This document shows, in pieces, positions 19,305 through 27,980 of a DNA stretch of 64,000 bases (the stretch's first letter is position 1; every line of letters begins with the position of its first letter). The DNA comes from Blastocatellia bacterium. Lineage in GTDB: Bacteria; Acidobacteriota; Blastocatellia; UBA7656; JADIYM01. Under the pieces are notes generated by a model that was given only the letters and a program-made list of their open reading frames with translations, ran no database searches and was not told where the DNA came from. The position numbers and the translations under genes were made by a program. The stretch is from NCBI GenBank assembly GCA_021463145.1, contig JAJTWZ010000003.1, forward strand, positions 35,319-99,318. Reading direction: 5' to 3'.

Positions 19305-20240
19305 ATGCCGGACAAGATCCTCATCGTCGACGACGAACCGCAGGTGCGGCAGTTGCTTCGCACGGCGCTCGGGAAGAGCTACGAGATCGGGGAGGCCGAC
19401 AACGGGGAAGAGGCGATCCGGCTCGCCAAGACGGGGGATTTCAGGCTCGTCCTCCTGGACCTGATGATGCCCGGAACAAGCGGCCACGAGGTGTGCCTGC
19501 GGCTTCGTCGCAACCCCCTCACGTGTCACATGACTGTCGTGATGCTGACGGCCCGCGACCGCGAGGAGGATGTAGTTGACGGGCTGCAATCGGGCGCCGA
19601 CGACTACATCGTAAAGCCGTTCAAGATTTCGGAACTGAAGGCCCGCATCGAAAGCCACCTGCGGAGACAGTGGCGCGAATTGCAGGCGAATCCGCTCACG
19701 GGCCTGCCTGGAAACCGGCAGATCGATCAGGTCATCCGCGCGAGCATCGTCGCGGGGGAGGCTTTCTCGGTCTGTTATGCCGACCTCAACAATTTCAAGG
19801 TGTTCAACGACACTTACGGCTTCGCCTCGGGCGACGAAATGCTCGAGTTTTCGGCGCAACTGCTGACACGGACGGTGGCCGACGCCGGCGATGTCGACAA
19901 CGACTTCGTGGGCCACGTCGGCGGCGACGACTTCGTCATCGTAACCGTGCCGGATCGCGTCGAGAAAATCTGCTCCGCGATTACCGAGCGATTCGATACT
20001 GAAGTGGTGCGGTTCTACTCCGAAGAAGACCGCGCCCGCGGCGGTGTCGAGGCCGTCGACCGGCAAGGCCACAACCTCTTCGTTCCGCTGATGGGGATTT
20101 CCATCGCGGTGGTCAGCGTCAACCCGGGCGTATACGAACATCCGGCCCAGATCGGTCAGACTGCCGCCGAGATCAAGAACTTCCTGAAAAAGTCGCAGGC
20201 GGGCGCCGGCAGCAGCTTCCTCGTCGACCGCCGGGCATAG
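19305..20240 (+). CDS. response regulator with GGDEF (diguanylate cyclase-like) output domain; motif variant GGDDF
   Basis: REC domain (ILIVDDEP…LVLLDLMMPG…DYIVKPF). GGDEF-domain start LTGLPGNRQ. The signature reads HVGGDDFVIV; no RxxD I-site is visible. Confidence 0.8.
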   Translation: MPDKILIVDDEPQVRQLLRTALGKSYEIGEADNGEEAIRLAKTGDFRLVLLDLMMPGTSGHEVCLRLRRNPLTCHMTVVMLTARDREEDVVDGLQSGADDYIVKPFKISELKARIESHLRRQWRELQANPLTGLPGNRQIDQVIRASIVAGEAFSVCYADLNNFKVFNDTYGFASGDEMLEFSAQLLTRTVADAGDVDNDFVGHVGGDDFVIVTVPDRVEKICSAITERFDTEVVRFYSEEDRARGGVEAVDRQGHNLFVPLMGISIAVVSVNPGVYEHPAQIGQTAAEIKNFLKKSQAGAGSSFLVDRRA

Positions 20241-20275
20241 CACGCGCGCGTGGGCGAGATCCCAATGGCCAAGCG

Positions 20276-20845
20276 TCAGTTGACGGTCAGGATTCCGTCG
20301 CCAGGCTTCACGTCTTCGAAAGTTCTTCCGGTGAGGTTCGTCACCAGCGCTTTGAGGATCTTGTCTTCGAGCAGACCGAGCGACGGCGTCTGGATCCACT
20401 GCTGGCCGACTCCCTGACGAAGTCCTTCGAACTTCGCCGAGACTCCAACAAGGGAATTCGACGGCGTGGAGGGAGCGATCTCGACACGAATCTGAACCCG
20501 GGCGCGTGAGATGTCCTGGACGCTGGATGCGCCGATCTCGGCGAAATGGCCGAGCTGAGTCTTCGCGACGATACCGCGGGCGAAAACGACCTGTTCGGTG
20601 ACGATCGTGTGTTTGCCGCCCTCTTCATCGGTCGTCTCGGACATGATCGGAATCTCGTTCTTCTCGAAAAGAGCCTTCGTCTCGGAAATGATGTCGAGGC
20701 GCGATGCGGTGACCGGATACGGGTTTTCCACGGGCTTGAGCGGCTTTTTCTTGTCCCACTCGAGTTGGGCCGATGCCCCGCTGGACATCGTAAGAACGAG
20801 CAGAGACACGATCGCGCAGAACTTGATCACGGCAAAATCCCTCAC
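20276..20845 (-). CDS. secreted hypothetical protein
   Basis: Signal peptide (FCAIVSLLVLTMSSGASAQ). 189 aa with no recognisable motifs. Confidence 0.5.
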   Translation of the reverse strand: MRDFAVIKFCAIVSLLVLTMSSGASAQLEWDKKKPLKPVENPYPVTASRLDIISETKALFEKNEIPIMSETTDEEGGKHTIVTEQVVFARGIVAKTQLGHFAEIGASSVQDISRARVQIRVEIAPSTPSNSLVGVSAKFEGLRQGVGQQWIQTPSLGLLEDKILKALVTNLTGRTFEDVKPGDGILTVN

Positions 20846-20873
20846 CCCACTTGATCTCCCGACTTCGACGAGC

Positions 20874-21353
20874 CTAACAGCGGTCTTCCGCGGTCATCAA
20901 GCGGGCCTCGATCAAGCCGGCTTGCCGCGCCGGAAACGTTCGCGGCCTGCCGTTTCCATTCGTGACGACGTGAGTGGTTGTACCTTCCGCAACGAGTTCT
21001 CGCGAGTCGGCGTCGACGATCTCGTAAGAGAAGCGCATCGTCCGCTTCGACCAGCCGTCGATCCGGGTTCGGACGATCAGTTGGTCGTCGTATCGGGACG
21101 GCCGGCGATAGCGGCATTGCGATTCCACGACCATTAGATACGCATCGTCCTCGCTCTCCATGTCTCGGTAAGAAAAGCCACATTGCCGGCAGAGGTCGGT
21201 TCGCCCGATCTCGAACCAAGTGAAGTAATTGCCGTAATAGACGACGCCCATCTTGTCCGTTTCGGCGTACCGGACCCGAAGCCGGGTTTCGAACCAGAGG
21301 TCGTCCGGGATGTTCAGGTCTCGATTCACGCGATTCGTTCCCGGCGTTGACAC
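20874..21353 (-). CDS. acyl-CoA thioesterase, 4HBT/YbgC hot-dog family
   Basis: YAETDKMGVVYYGNYFTWFEIGRTD… is typical of 4-hydroxybenzoyl-CoA thioesterase-like proteins. Confidence 0.75.
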   Translation of the reverse strand: MSTPGTNRVNRDLNIPDDLWFETRLRVRYAETDKMGVVYYGNYFTWFEIGRTDLCRQCGFSYRDMESEDDAYLMVVESQCRYRRPSRYDDQLIVRTRIDGWSKRTMRFSYEIVDADSRELVAEGTTTHVVTNGNGRPRTFPARQAGLIEARLMTAEDRC

Positions 21354-21553
21354 CGATTCCCGGCGAGGCCGAGAATCGGGCTCGCGAACGGTACACGTTC
21401 GGTGTCGAAACTGTCAAAACTGGCGCTCCCCGCTGTCATGCGCCAGGTCTTCCGCAATGCGTCGCCGGTTCCGGAGTTACCCGATGGAATGCGAACCGGA
21501 CCGGCGCGAATCCGCGCGTCGCAAGCGCACCTGCGCAATGAAGAGGAAAGACT

Positions 21554-23509
21554 ATGGCCGCAACCGTTCCGATGTCTCCGGCTCCCGACGCTTCGTCGCT
21601 CGTTTACCTGCGCGCGCTCGCCATACGCTTTCCGAATACCGCATCGGCGCTTGCCGAGATTGCACACCTTCGCGCGGTGCTTACGCTTCCGAAGGGCACG
21701 ATTCACGTAGTCAGCGACGTGCACGGGGAGGATCGAAAACTCAGGCACATAATCAACAACGCTTCGGGATCGCTGCGTCATCTCGTCGAGCGTGTGTTCG
21801 GGCCACGCCTGACGGACGTGGAGAGTCTCGAGTTGCTCAACCTTATTTACTACCCACGGGAGTTGCTTGCTTTCGTCGGACCGCGACTCTCGACGGTGGA
21901 GGCCAGAAAGTCATTCGTCAGAACGAACGTCCGCCGCCTTTTCGAGCTTGTTCACGAGTTGGCGAGCCGCTACAGCGTGCGGGACATCCAGCGAGTCTTT
22001 CCCGAGGCGAGCCGGTTACTGCTAGTCGAGTTGCTGCTCGAGTCGGGAATTGGACGCCAATCGTCTTACGTCGACGCGATGCTCGACGGGTACGTGGATC
22101 AGGGTTGCGACGGCGACCTGCTTCGCACGGTTTCGCACGTGGTGCGTAACCTGCTCATCTACGAACTGATCGTTGCTGGAGATCTCGGGGACCGGGGCCC
22201 ACGAATCGACCGCGTAATCGATACGATCATGCGCCAGCCTCGGGTGGCCGTAACGTGGGGTAATCACGACGTTACGTGGATGGCTGCGTGCCTCGGCCAC
22301 GCGGCGTCGATAGCGACAGTATTGCGGATTTCGCTCAGGTACAACCGCACTGCGCAGTTGGAGGAAGGCTACGGCATCGCGCTCGCTCCGCTCGAGAAAC
22401 TTGCACGCGAAATCTACGGCGAGGATCCGGCCGAGCGGTTCCGTTGCCGCGGCGAAGGATTGCGCGATGCGCTGACGATGTCTCGAATGCAGAAGGCTGC
22501 GGCGATTCTTCAGTTCAAGCTCGAGGGCCAGGTCGTCGCCCGCCATCCGGAATACGGAATGGACGAACGGTCTATCCTGCACCGGATCGATGCTGTGGAC
22601 GGAAGCGTGGAGATCGACGGCAGGCGGTGGCCGCTTCGCGACACGCATTTTCCGACTATCGACTGGACGGATCCGTACGCATTGTCAGAAGCCGAGTCCG
22701 CGTGCCTTTCTCACCTCACCGAGGCGTTTCTGGCAAGCCCAGTCCTTTGGCAGCAGATGCGTTTCGTCTCGCAGAATGGAAGCACGTTTGCGCTTCGCGA
22801 CAGCAATCTGATTTTTCACGGCTGCGTTCCGGTAGACGATGATGGCCGATTCGTCGCCATGCCGATCGCAGGCCGGCACCTGGCGGGTCGCGAGCTTTTC
22901 GAAGCCATCGATCGGGAGATCCACCAGGCGTTTCGGACTCGCGACCCGGGCGCGCTCGACATGATGTGGTTTCTGTGGACGGGTCCGGCATCGCCGCTCT
23001 TCGGAAAGGATAGGATGGCGACTTTCGAGACGTACTTCGTCGAGGACTCGTCAACGCACAAGGAGACCAAGAATCCGTACTTCAAACTAATCCACGAGCA
23101 GGATTTCTGCGATCGCATACTTCGGGACTTCGGTGCCGACCCGGATGTCGGGCTCATCGTCAACGGCCACGTGCCGGTGAAGATCGAAGCCGGTGAATCT
23201 CCGGTGAAGCAGAGCGGCCGCGCCGTGACGATCGACGGGGCGTTTTCCGAAGCATATGGCGACCGCGGCTATACGCTGGTCATCCGGGCAGGGCGGATCT
23301 TCCTTGCTCAGCATCATCACTTCGAGTCGGTTTCGGATGCGATCACATCCGGAGCCGACATTGTGCCGAGGATTGAGGAGATCCGATCCTGGGACGCAGT
23401 CAGAACCGTCGGCGACACGGAAGCCGGCGACAGGATTCGTGACGAGATCGACGTACTTGAAAGATTAGTGGATGCCTATCGGAACAACCTGTTGCGAGAG
23501 GCGGACTGA
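21554..23509 (+). CDS. fbp: fructose-1,6-bisphosphatase class 3
   Basis: 651 aa metallophosphatase-type FBPase III (VVSDVHGE, GDLGDRGP, GNHD). AGAGGAAAG RBS. Confidence 0.85.
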   Translation: MAATVPMSPAPDASSLVYLRALAIRFPNTASALAEIAHLRAVLTLPKGTIHVVSDVHGEDRKLRHIINNASGSLRHLVERVFGPRLTDVESLELLNLIYYPRELLAFVGPRLSTVEARKSFVRTNVRRLFELVHELASRYSVRDIQRVFPEASRLLLVELLLESGIGRQSSYVDAMLDGYVDQGCDGDLLRTVSHVVRNLLIYELIVAGDLGDRGPRIDRVIDTIMRQPRVAVTWGNHDVTWMAACLGHAASIATVLRISLRYNRTAQLEEGYGIALAPLEKLAREIYGEDPAERFRCRGEGLRDALTMSRMQKAAAILQFKLEGQVVARHPEYGMDERSILHRIDAVDGSVEIDGRRWPLRDTHFPTIDWTDPYALSEAESACLSHLTEAFLASPVLWQQMRFVSQNGSTFALRDSNLIFHGCVPVDDDGRFVAMPIAGRHLAGRELFEAIDREIHQAFRTRDPGALDMMWFLWTGPASPLFGKDRMATFETYFVEDSSTHKETKNPYFKLIHEQDFCDRILRDFGADPDVGLIVNGHVPVKIEAGESPVKQSGRAVTIDGAFSEAYGDRGYTLVIRAGRIFLAQHHHFESVSDAITSGADIVPRIEEIRSWDAVRTVGDTEAGDRIRDEIDVLERLVDAYRNNLLREAD

Positions 23510-23573
23510 CGTTACACAAGCCGGGGATGGATTTGGCCGTGCAATTGAGGCGACGGATATTCCGTGCCGCGCT

Positions 23574-25190
23574 CTAGGGTCGCCGGAATTTCCCGACTGG
23601 CACTGGTAGCTTGAGAACCGCTTCGGAGCGGCGGACGCTGAGCTCGACGACAGTCTTTCCACCGCGAGCCGCGTTGAGGATGAACTCGGCAAGCTCGTCC
23701 TCGGCCATCACGACTGCGTCGCCCGCCATGACAATGATGTCACCGGCCTTCAGGCCGGCCTGGTCGCCGATTGATCCGGCCTTTACGTTGCTGATGAGGA
23801 TCCCGCCGTTCACTCCAAAGTGCCTGGCCAGCTGTTCCGAAAGGGGCACACCTTCCAGTCCGAGATCCACGAGGATCGTGTCGTCGAACAGGGCGTCGAA
23901 CTGTGCGTCCCCCGACTCCGTTTCGCCTCGGAGCAACGCAAGCTCGGCCTCCACATCCCGAATTTCGGCTTCGAGAGTTGCCCGGGATTCGGGACTCTTC
24001 GTTCTACTGAGCTGCGAGCGAAGCATCGACAATCGGAGCTCAGCGGCGCGCACAGGCGACGGCAGGACCACCGCGGGATTTCCGGGCGCAAACGGCTGCC
24101 CTCCCAACACTGCCGCAAGAATCATTGGCTTGCCGTCGCGGATGAGCTCGACGCTCACACTCGTCCCTGCCGGCGTTGCAAGTACGGAGGTCGCGAGGTC
24201 AGCGGAAGTCCGGACCGGAACGCGGTCGAACGCGACGATGCAGTCGCTTCGCTGCAGGCCCGCGATATCGGCCGGACCCTTTGGCGAAACATTACGCACG
24301 AGCACTCCCGCATCGGGCGCCCACGAAGGCTTTTGATCGTCCGGCGTGCCTGAAAGCGAAGATCCGTCGGCACCGAGCCATCCAGCAGCGACGCTGCCGT
24401 TGGCCGATAGAACCCGCCGCGCGACTACGTCGCGAAGGAACGAGACAGTGAGAACGTGCGCCCGTCCAACGGCTGCGAATCGCGCAATTCCCACCAGTTT
24501 GCCATCCGGCGTCTCCACCGAACTGAGGTCCTTCGATGACGTCAAGGCCGCGCTCTCCACGATGGCGTGCACGCCCGCGCGCTCGAGCGCGGGCGTCAAC
24601 GACGACGTCGAAGCGCGAGCCGGATTCTCGACCAGTGCCGGAAACAGCGCGACGCGCTCTACCGGCACCGAAATCTGGGACAACTTGTAGTCCGCGCTCA
24701 CAAGCCGGAGTGTGGCTCCGTCGGCCAGGGGCGCAATCGGTGTGCCCGGTGCGGGCCTGACGCCGCGAAGCCCTGGAACGAACAGGAGCGCAAGGCCAGT
24801 CGGGCCGTCGAATCCCACGAACCTGGCGGGCAGGATGCTACCTGAGGCCGTCGTGATCTGAATGTCGTGCTCGGCCACTCGCGGGTCGAGGTTCACGAGT
24901 CGCGTCACGACGTGTCCGTCCTCGTCGATCAGGACGCCGGACGCCAGATTGATGGTCCGGCCCCTGCCTTGCCTCAACACGCGGACTTCCTGGCCGTTGT
25001 TCAATCCGCCGAGCTGCTGGGCGTGTGCGTTCAAATCGATCCGGTGGTTGACGGACACGATCCAGGGCTCCGGCTTGTGTTGAACCAACTGAGCACTGGC
25101 AGGCCCGGCGCTCGGTAAGAGCACCAAGGCAACGACTACGGCAATCCCGAATCTGCGGAGCAACGAAAGTTCCTGGGCCCTTCCGAACAT
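23574..25190 (-). CDS. HtrA/DegP-like periplasmic protein with two PDZ domains; protease core appears degenerate
   Basis: Signal peptide, trypsin-like N-terminal region, coiled-coil linker and two PDZ domains. No GNSGG catalytic-Ser motif was found by eye. Confidence 0.65.
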   Translation of the reverse strand: MFGRAQELSLLRRFGIAVVVALVLLPSAGPASAQLVQHKPEPWIVSVNHRIDLNAHAQQLGGLNNGQEVRVLRQGRGRTINLASGVLIDEDGHVVTRLVNLDPRVAEHDIQITTASGSILPARFVGFDGPTGLALLFVPGLRGVRPAPGTPIAPLADGATLRLVSADYKLSQISVPVERVALFPALVENPARASTSSLTPALERAGVHAIVESAALTSSKDLSSVETPDGKLVGIARFAAVGRAHVLTVSFLRDVVARRVLSANGSVAAGWLGADGSSLSGTPDDQKPSWAPDAGVLVRNVSPKGPADIAGLQRSDCIVAFDRVPVRTSADLATSVLATPAGTSVSVELIRDGKPMILAAVLGGQPFAPGNPAVVLPSPVRAAELRLSMLRSQLSRTKSPESRATLEAEIRDVEAELALLRGETESGDAQFDALFDDTILVDLGLEGVPLSEQLARHFGVNGGILISNVKAGSIGDQAGLKAGDIIVMAGDAVVMAEDELAEFILNAARGGKTVVELSVRRSEAVLKLPVPVGKFRRP

Positions 25191-25201
25191 CGATTTCCCG
25201 A

Positions 25202-25894
25202 TCAGAAAGACACCGTCTCTGATCCGTCGCCAGCTCCGCCCAGGTCAGCCGGGACAATGGTCTCGGAACCGACGAGGAACGAGGGAACGTCGACCAGCCG
25301 TGTGCCGCGATCGTCGGTAACGAGCAGCATTGCGTCATCAGACCCGGCCGGCTGGTAAGCGCGACGCCCTCTGACGACTGCACGGCCCGTGTGTCCCTCA
25401 CGTGCAATGGTAACGACAGGAGAGGAGGCATTCGAGTCGGAGTCCACGAAGCCACTCGAATCGGCATCCGCCGGCCTTGCCGCGGACGCGGGTTCCGCGG
25501 CCGGACGATTCGTAGCAACGACAGCCGTTGATCCTGCCTCAGGCTGTGTACTGGTAGCGTAGCGCGAAACGAAGAGCGTGACGGAGCACACCAGCAGGAA
25601 AGCGGCAGCAGCCGCAAGTCGGGCCTGAGGCCGGAGCGACCAGGGCATCGCGACGCGCGACGGGGTCGAGGACTTTGCCGCTCTAAGTCGCCGATTGAGC
25701 TCCTGATCGAAATCCGCGGGTGCCGTTACTCGCGCCGGCTCGCGCAGCAGCACGCGCAGTGCAATCAATTCGGCACCGAACCTGGAACACGCGGCGCAGT
25801 TGGCCACGTGTCGCGCGGCATCGCTCGGCAACCGGTCAAGGTCGCCTATGTCATCGATCAGCAACTGACACTCTGAACAGTTCATAGACACCAC
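25202..25894 (-). CDS. membrane-spanning zinc-binding (ZAS-type) anti-sigma factor
   Basis: N-terminal C…HxxxCxxC (MNCSECQ…HVANCAAC), a central TM helix and a C-terminal extracytoplasmic part. Sits directly downstream of the ECF sigma gene. Confidence 0.65.
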   Translation of the reverse strand: MVSMNCSECQLLIDDIGDLDRLPSDAARHVANCAACSRFGAELIALRVLLREPARVTAPADFDQELNRRLRAAKSSTPSRVAMPWSLRPQARLAAAAAFLLVCSVTLFVSRYATSTQPEAGSTAVVATNRPAAEPASAARPADADSSGFVDSDSNASSPVVTIAREGHTGRAVVRGRRAYQPAGSDDAMLLVTDDRGTRLVDVPSFLVGSETIVPADLGGAGDGSETVSF

Positions 25895-25903
25895 TTCGGT
25901 CCC

Positions 25904-26554
25904 TCAGTCTCGCGCCGGCGCTTCAGCCATGAATTTCTCTAGCTTCTCGCGCAGCAGGTTTCGCGCCCGATTGATGCGCGACTTCACGGTTCCTTCTGAC
26001 AGGTCGAGGATCTCTGCAATCTGCTCGTAGCTGTGATCCTCGATGTCCCGAAGAACGAGCGCGGTGCGGTACTTTTCGGGCAGAGTGGCAATGGCCTTCT
26101 TCACGGCGTGACGACGCTCGTCCTCGAGAAGCGCATCCTCGGCCAGCTGCCTGTTGTCCGGAGGATCATGTTCGATGCTCTCCCCGTCGTCGGACTGAAA
26201 AATGCTGAAGAACGAGACCACGCGCCGGCGTTTCCTCTTCCGGAGCTCCGAAATAGCAAGATTGGAAGCGATCCGGTAGATGTATGTAGAGAAGCTGTAA
26301 TTCGCTTCGTACCTGCCCAGAGACGTGTAAATGCGGACGAAAGTCTCCTGCGAGAGGTCGACCGCCAACTCGTAGTCGTTCAGCATTCGGTAAACGAAGT
26401 TTGTGATCGGAGTTCTATAGCGCCGGACGACTTCCTGGAAAGCCAGTTCGTCTCCATCGCGCGCGGCCGCGACCAGTTCGTGATCGCTCAGCGCTTCGAC
26501 GTTCACTGCCGAATTCACGGCCACCTGCGCCTGGAGGACGTTTGCCTGATACAT
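25904..26554 (-). CDS. ECF (sigma-24/RpoE-like) RNA polymerase sigma factor
   Basis: Sigma-70 region 2 (ELAFQEVVRRY…FVYRML) and region 4 (LPEKYRTALVLRDIEDHSYEQIAEILDLSEGTVKSRINRAR). AAGGTAG RBS. Confidence 0.85.
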   Translation of the reverse strand: MYQANVLQAQVAVNSAVNVEALSDHELVAAARDGDELAFQEVVRRYRTPITNFVYRMLNDYELAVDLSQETFVRIYTSLGRYEANYSFSTYIYRIASNLAISELRKRKRRRVVSFFSIFQSDDGESIEHDPPDNRQLAEDALLEDERRHAVKKAIATLPEKYRTALVLRDIEDHSYEQIAEILDLSEGTVKSRINRARNLLREKLEKFMAEAPARD

Positions 26555-26674
26555 AGCACTACCTTTGCGAGTATACCTGACGCTCGAACGGCTTCATTAG
26601 CTCGAGGTTCCGGAAGTTTCCACTGGATGAAAACGCGATTCCGCCACGCCCGAGTGCCACTCGGCGGTTCGCAC

Positions 26675-27976
26675 CTATTTCGCGAACAGAGGCCGGTAAC
26701 CGAGCAGTCTCGCAGGTTTGTTTCGTTTCGGAGTCATTGCGGCAAGCGCCACGAATCCGGAATCGGAGATGGCTGGACGTCCGATGGATCCCCACGTCGC
26801 AGGCTCGCCCGTCCAGACAACGCGTCCAGTCGCGGCGTCCAACGCCGAAAGTCTTACGTCGAGAGTGTCCGCCAACGCATCGCCGCCGGTGGATTTGACG
26901 ATCGGCCGTCGAAGCGCGCCGTAGTGAAATTCACTCGAAGGAAAGTAAATCCGCCCGCCGGCCGCGACCAGGTCGTCGGCTGCGGGGAGCGGCGCAACTG
27001 CAAATCGGGCCTTCAACTCTCCAGTCGCAAGTTCGTAGACCCGCAGGTATCCGTCTTCGAGCTCCGAGTTGCTCGCACGGCCTCGCATCGTTAGAAGTTG
27101 GGAGCCCGACAAGGTCGGCGGTATCGGACGGGAGGATTCGTAGGCTTCGAAACGCCAGCGCGAGGCCCCTGTTTCGGCGTCGAAGACGCTCCAACCTCGC
27201 CGGCCGGTCACGACTACGAATCCATCACTCACCTGGATCGCGGAGTTCGTGGTATCGATTGCCTGCACCCATCGCTCGATACCGCTCGGTACGTCGATCG
27301 CCGCAACTGTCGATCCTGACGTGACGAACGCTCTGCCCGCTATTGCCGCAACTCGTGAAGACGAGGAGAGTTGCTGCATCCATAACGGTTTCTTGTCGAA
27401 CAGGGTACGGCTCCCCGTTCGAGCGTCGAATGCGAGCAGTGAGTAACCGCGCCCAATCGCGTAGAAGCGGCCCCCGCCGGAACCGAGCACGGCTTCGATA
27501 TCGGCCTCGTTCCATAACTCGCGACCAGAGGTCGCCTCGAAGGCGCGAATTCGTCCGTCCTGCGATAAAACGACGGCCACATCGCCCTCGACGAGCGCAA
27601 ACGTTCCCGGACGATGCTCGCCATTCCTGGCTGCCAATGCTCGAAGGTCAAGGATCGTGTGAAAACGTTCGGCTCCGGTTGCCACCGAATAGACGACGAG
27701 CCGCAGTGGCTGAAAGTCGGAACTCAGATCGCCATCCGACCCCAGGCAGAACACCGCGTCTCCAGCGAGGGCAACCGTATCGACCTGGTTGAACGGCAAC
27801 TCGATATCCCAGTCGGGGCTAGCCCCGGCTCCCGAGCCACACGCCGACGTCAGGAGGGCAAGCGCAAGGAGGAAAGACCAGGCGAGAACATTACTCTCAA
27901 AGCCGCGAATCGGGCCGGGTGTCGGTGGAGAACAGCGGCGGGCAAACTGAACACGCTGCTTTGCTATTATCGGCAT
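26675..27976 (-). CDS. PQQ-like beta-propeller repeat lipoprotein (BamB-like)
   Basis: Lipobox (LLALALLTSAC|GSG). Repeated A.D..TG..LW motifs typical of PQQ/BamB propellers. The ORF is open to 28219; the proposed ATG is at 27976. Confidence 0.55.
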   Translation of the reverse strand: MPIIAKQRVQFARRCSPPTPGPIRGFESNVLAWSFLLALALLTSACGSGAGASPDWDIELPFNQVDTVALAGDAVFCLGSDGDLSSDFQPLRLVVYSVATGAERFHTILDLRALAARNGEHRPGTFALVEGDVAVVLSQDGRIRAFEATSGRELWNEADIEAVLGSGGGRFYAIGRGYSLLAFDARTGSRTLFDKKPLWMQQLSSSSRVAAIAGRAFVTSGSTVAAIDVPSGIERWVQAIDTTNSAIQVSDGFVVVTGRRGWSVFDAETGASRWRFEAYESSRPIPPTLSGSQLLTMRGRASNSELEDGYLRVYELATGELKARFAVAPLPAADDLVAAGGRIYFPSSEFHYGALRRPIVKSTGGDALADTLDVRLSALDAATGRVVWTGEPATWGSIGRPAISDSGFVALAAMTPKRNKPARLLGYRPLFAK

Positions 27977-27980
27977 CGAG

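Noticed and set aside
19101-20399. 432-aa minus-strand ORF
   Set aside because: Antisense to the REC-GGDEF gene. A high-GC shadow ORF.
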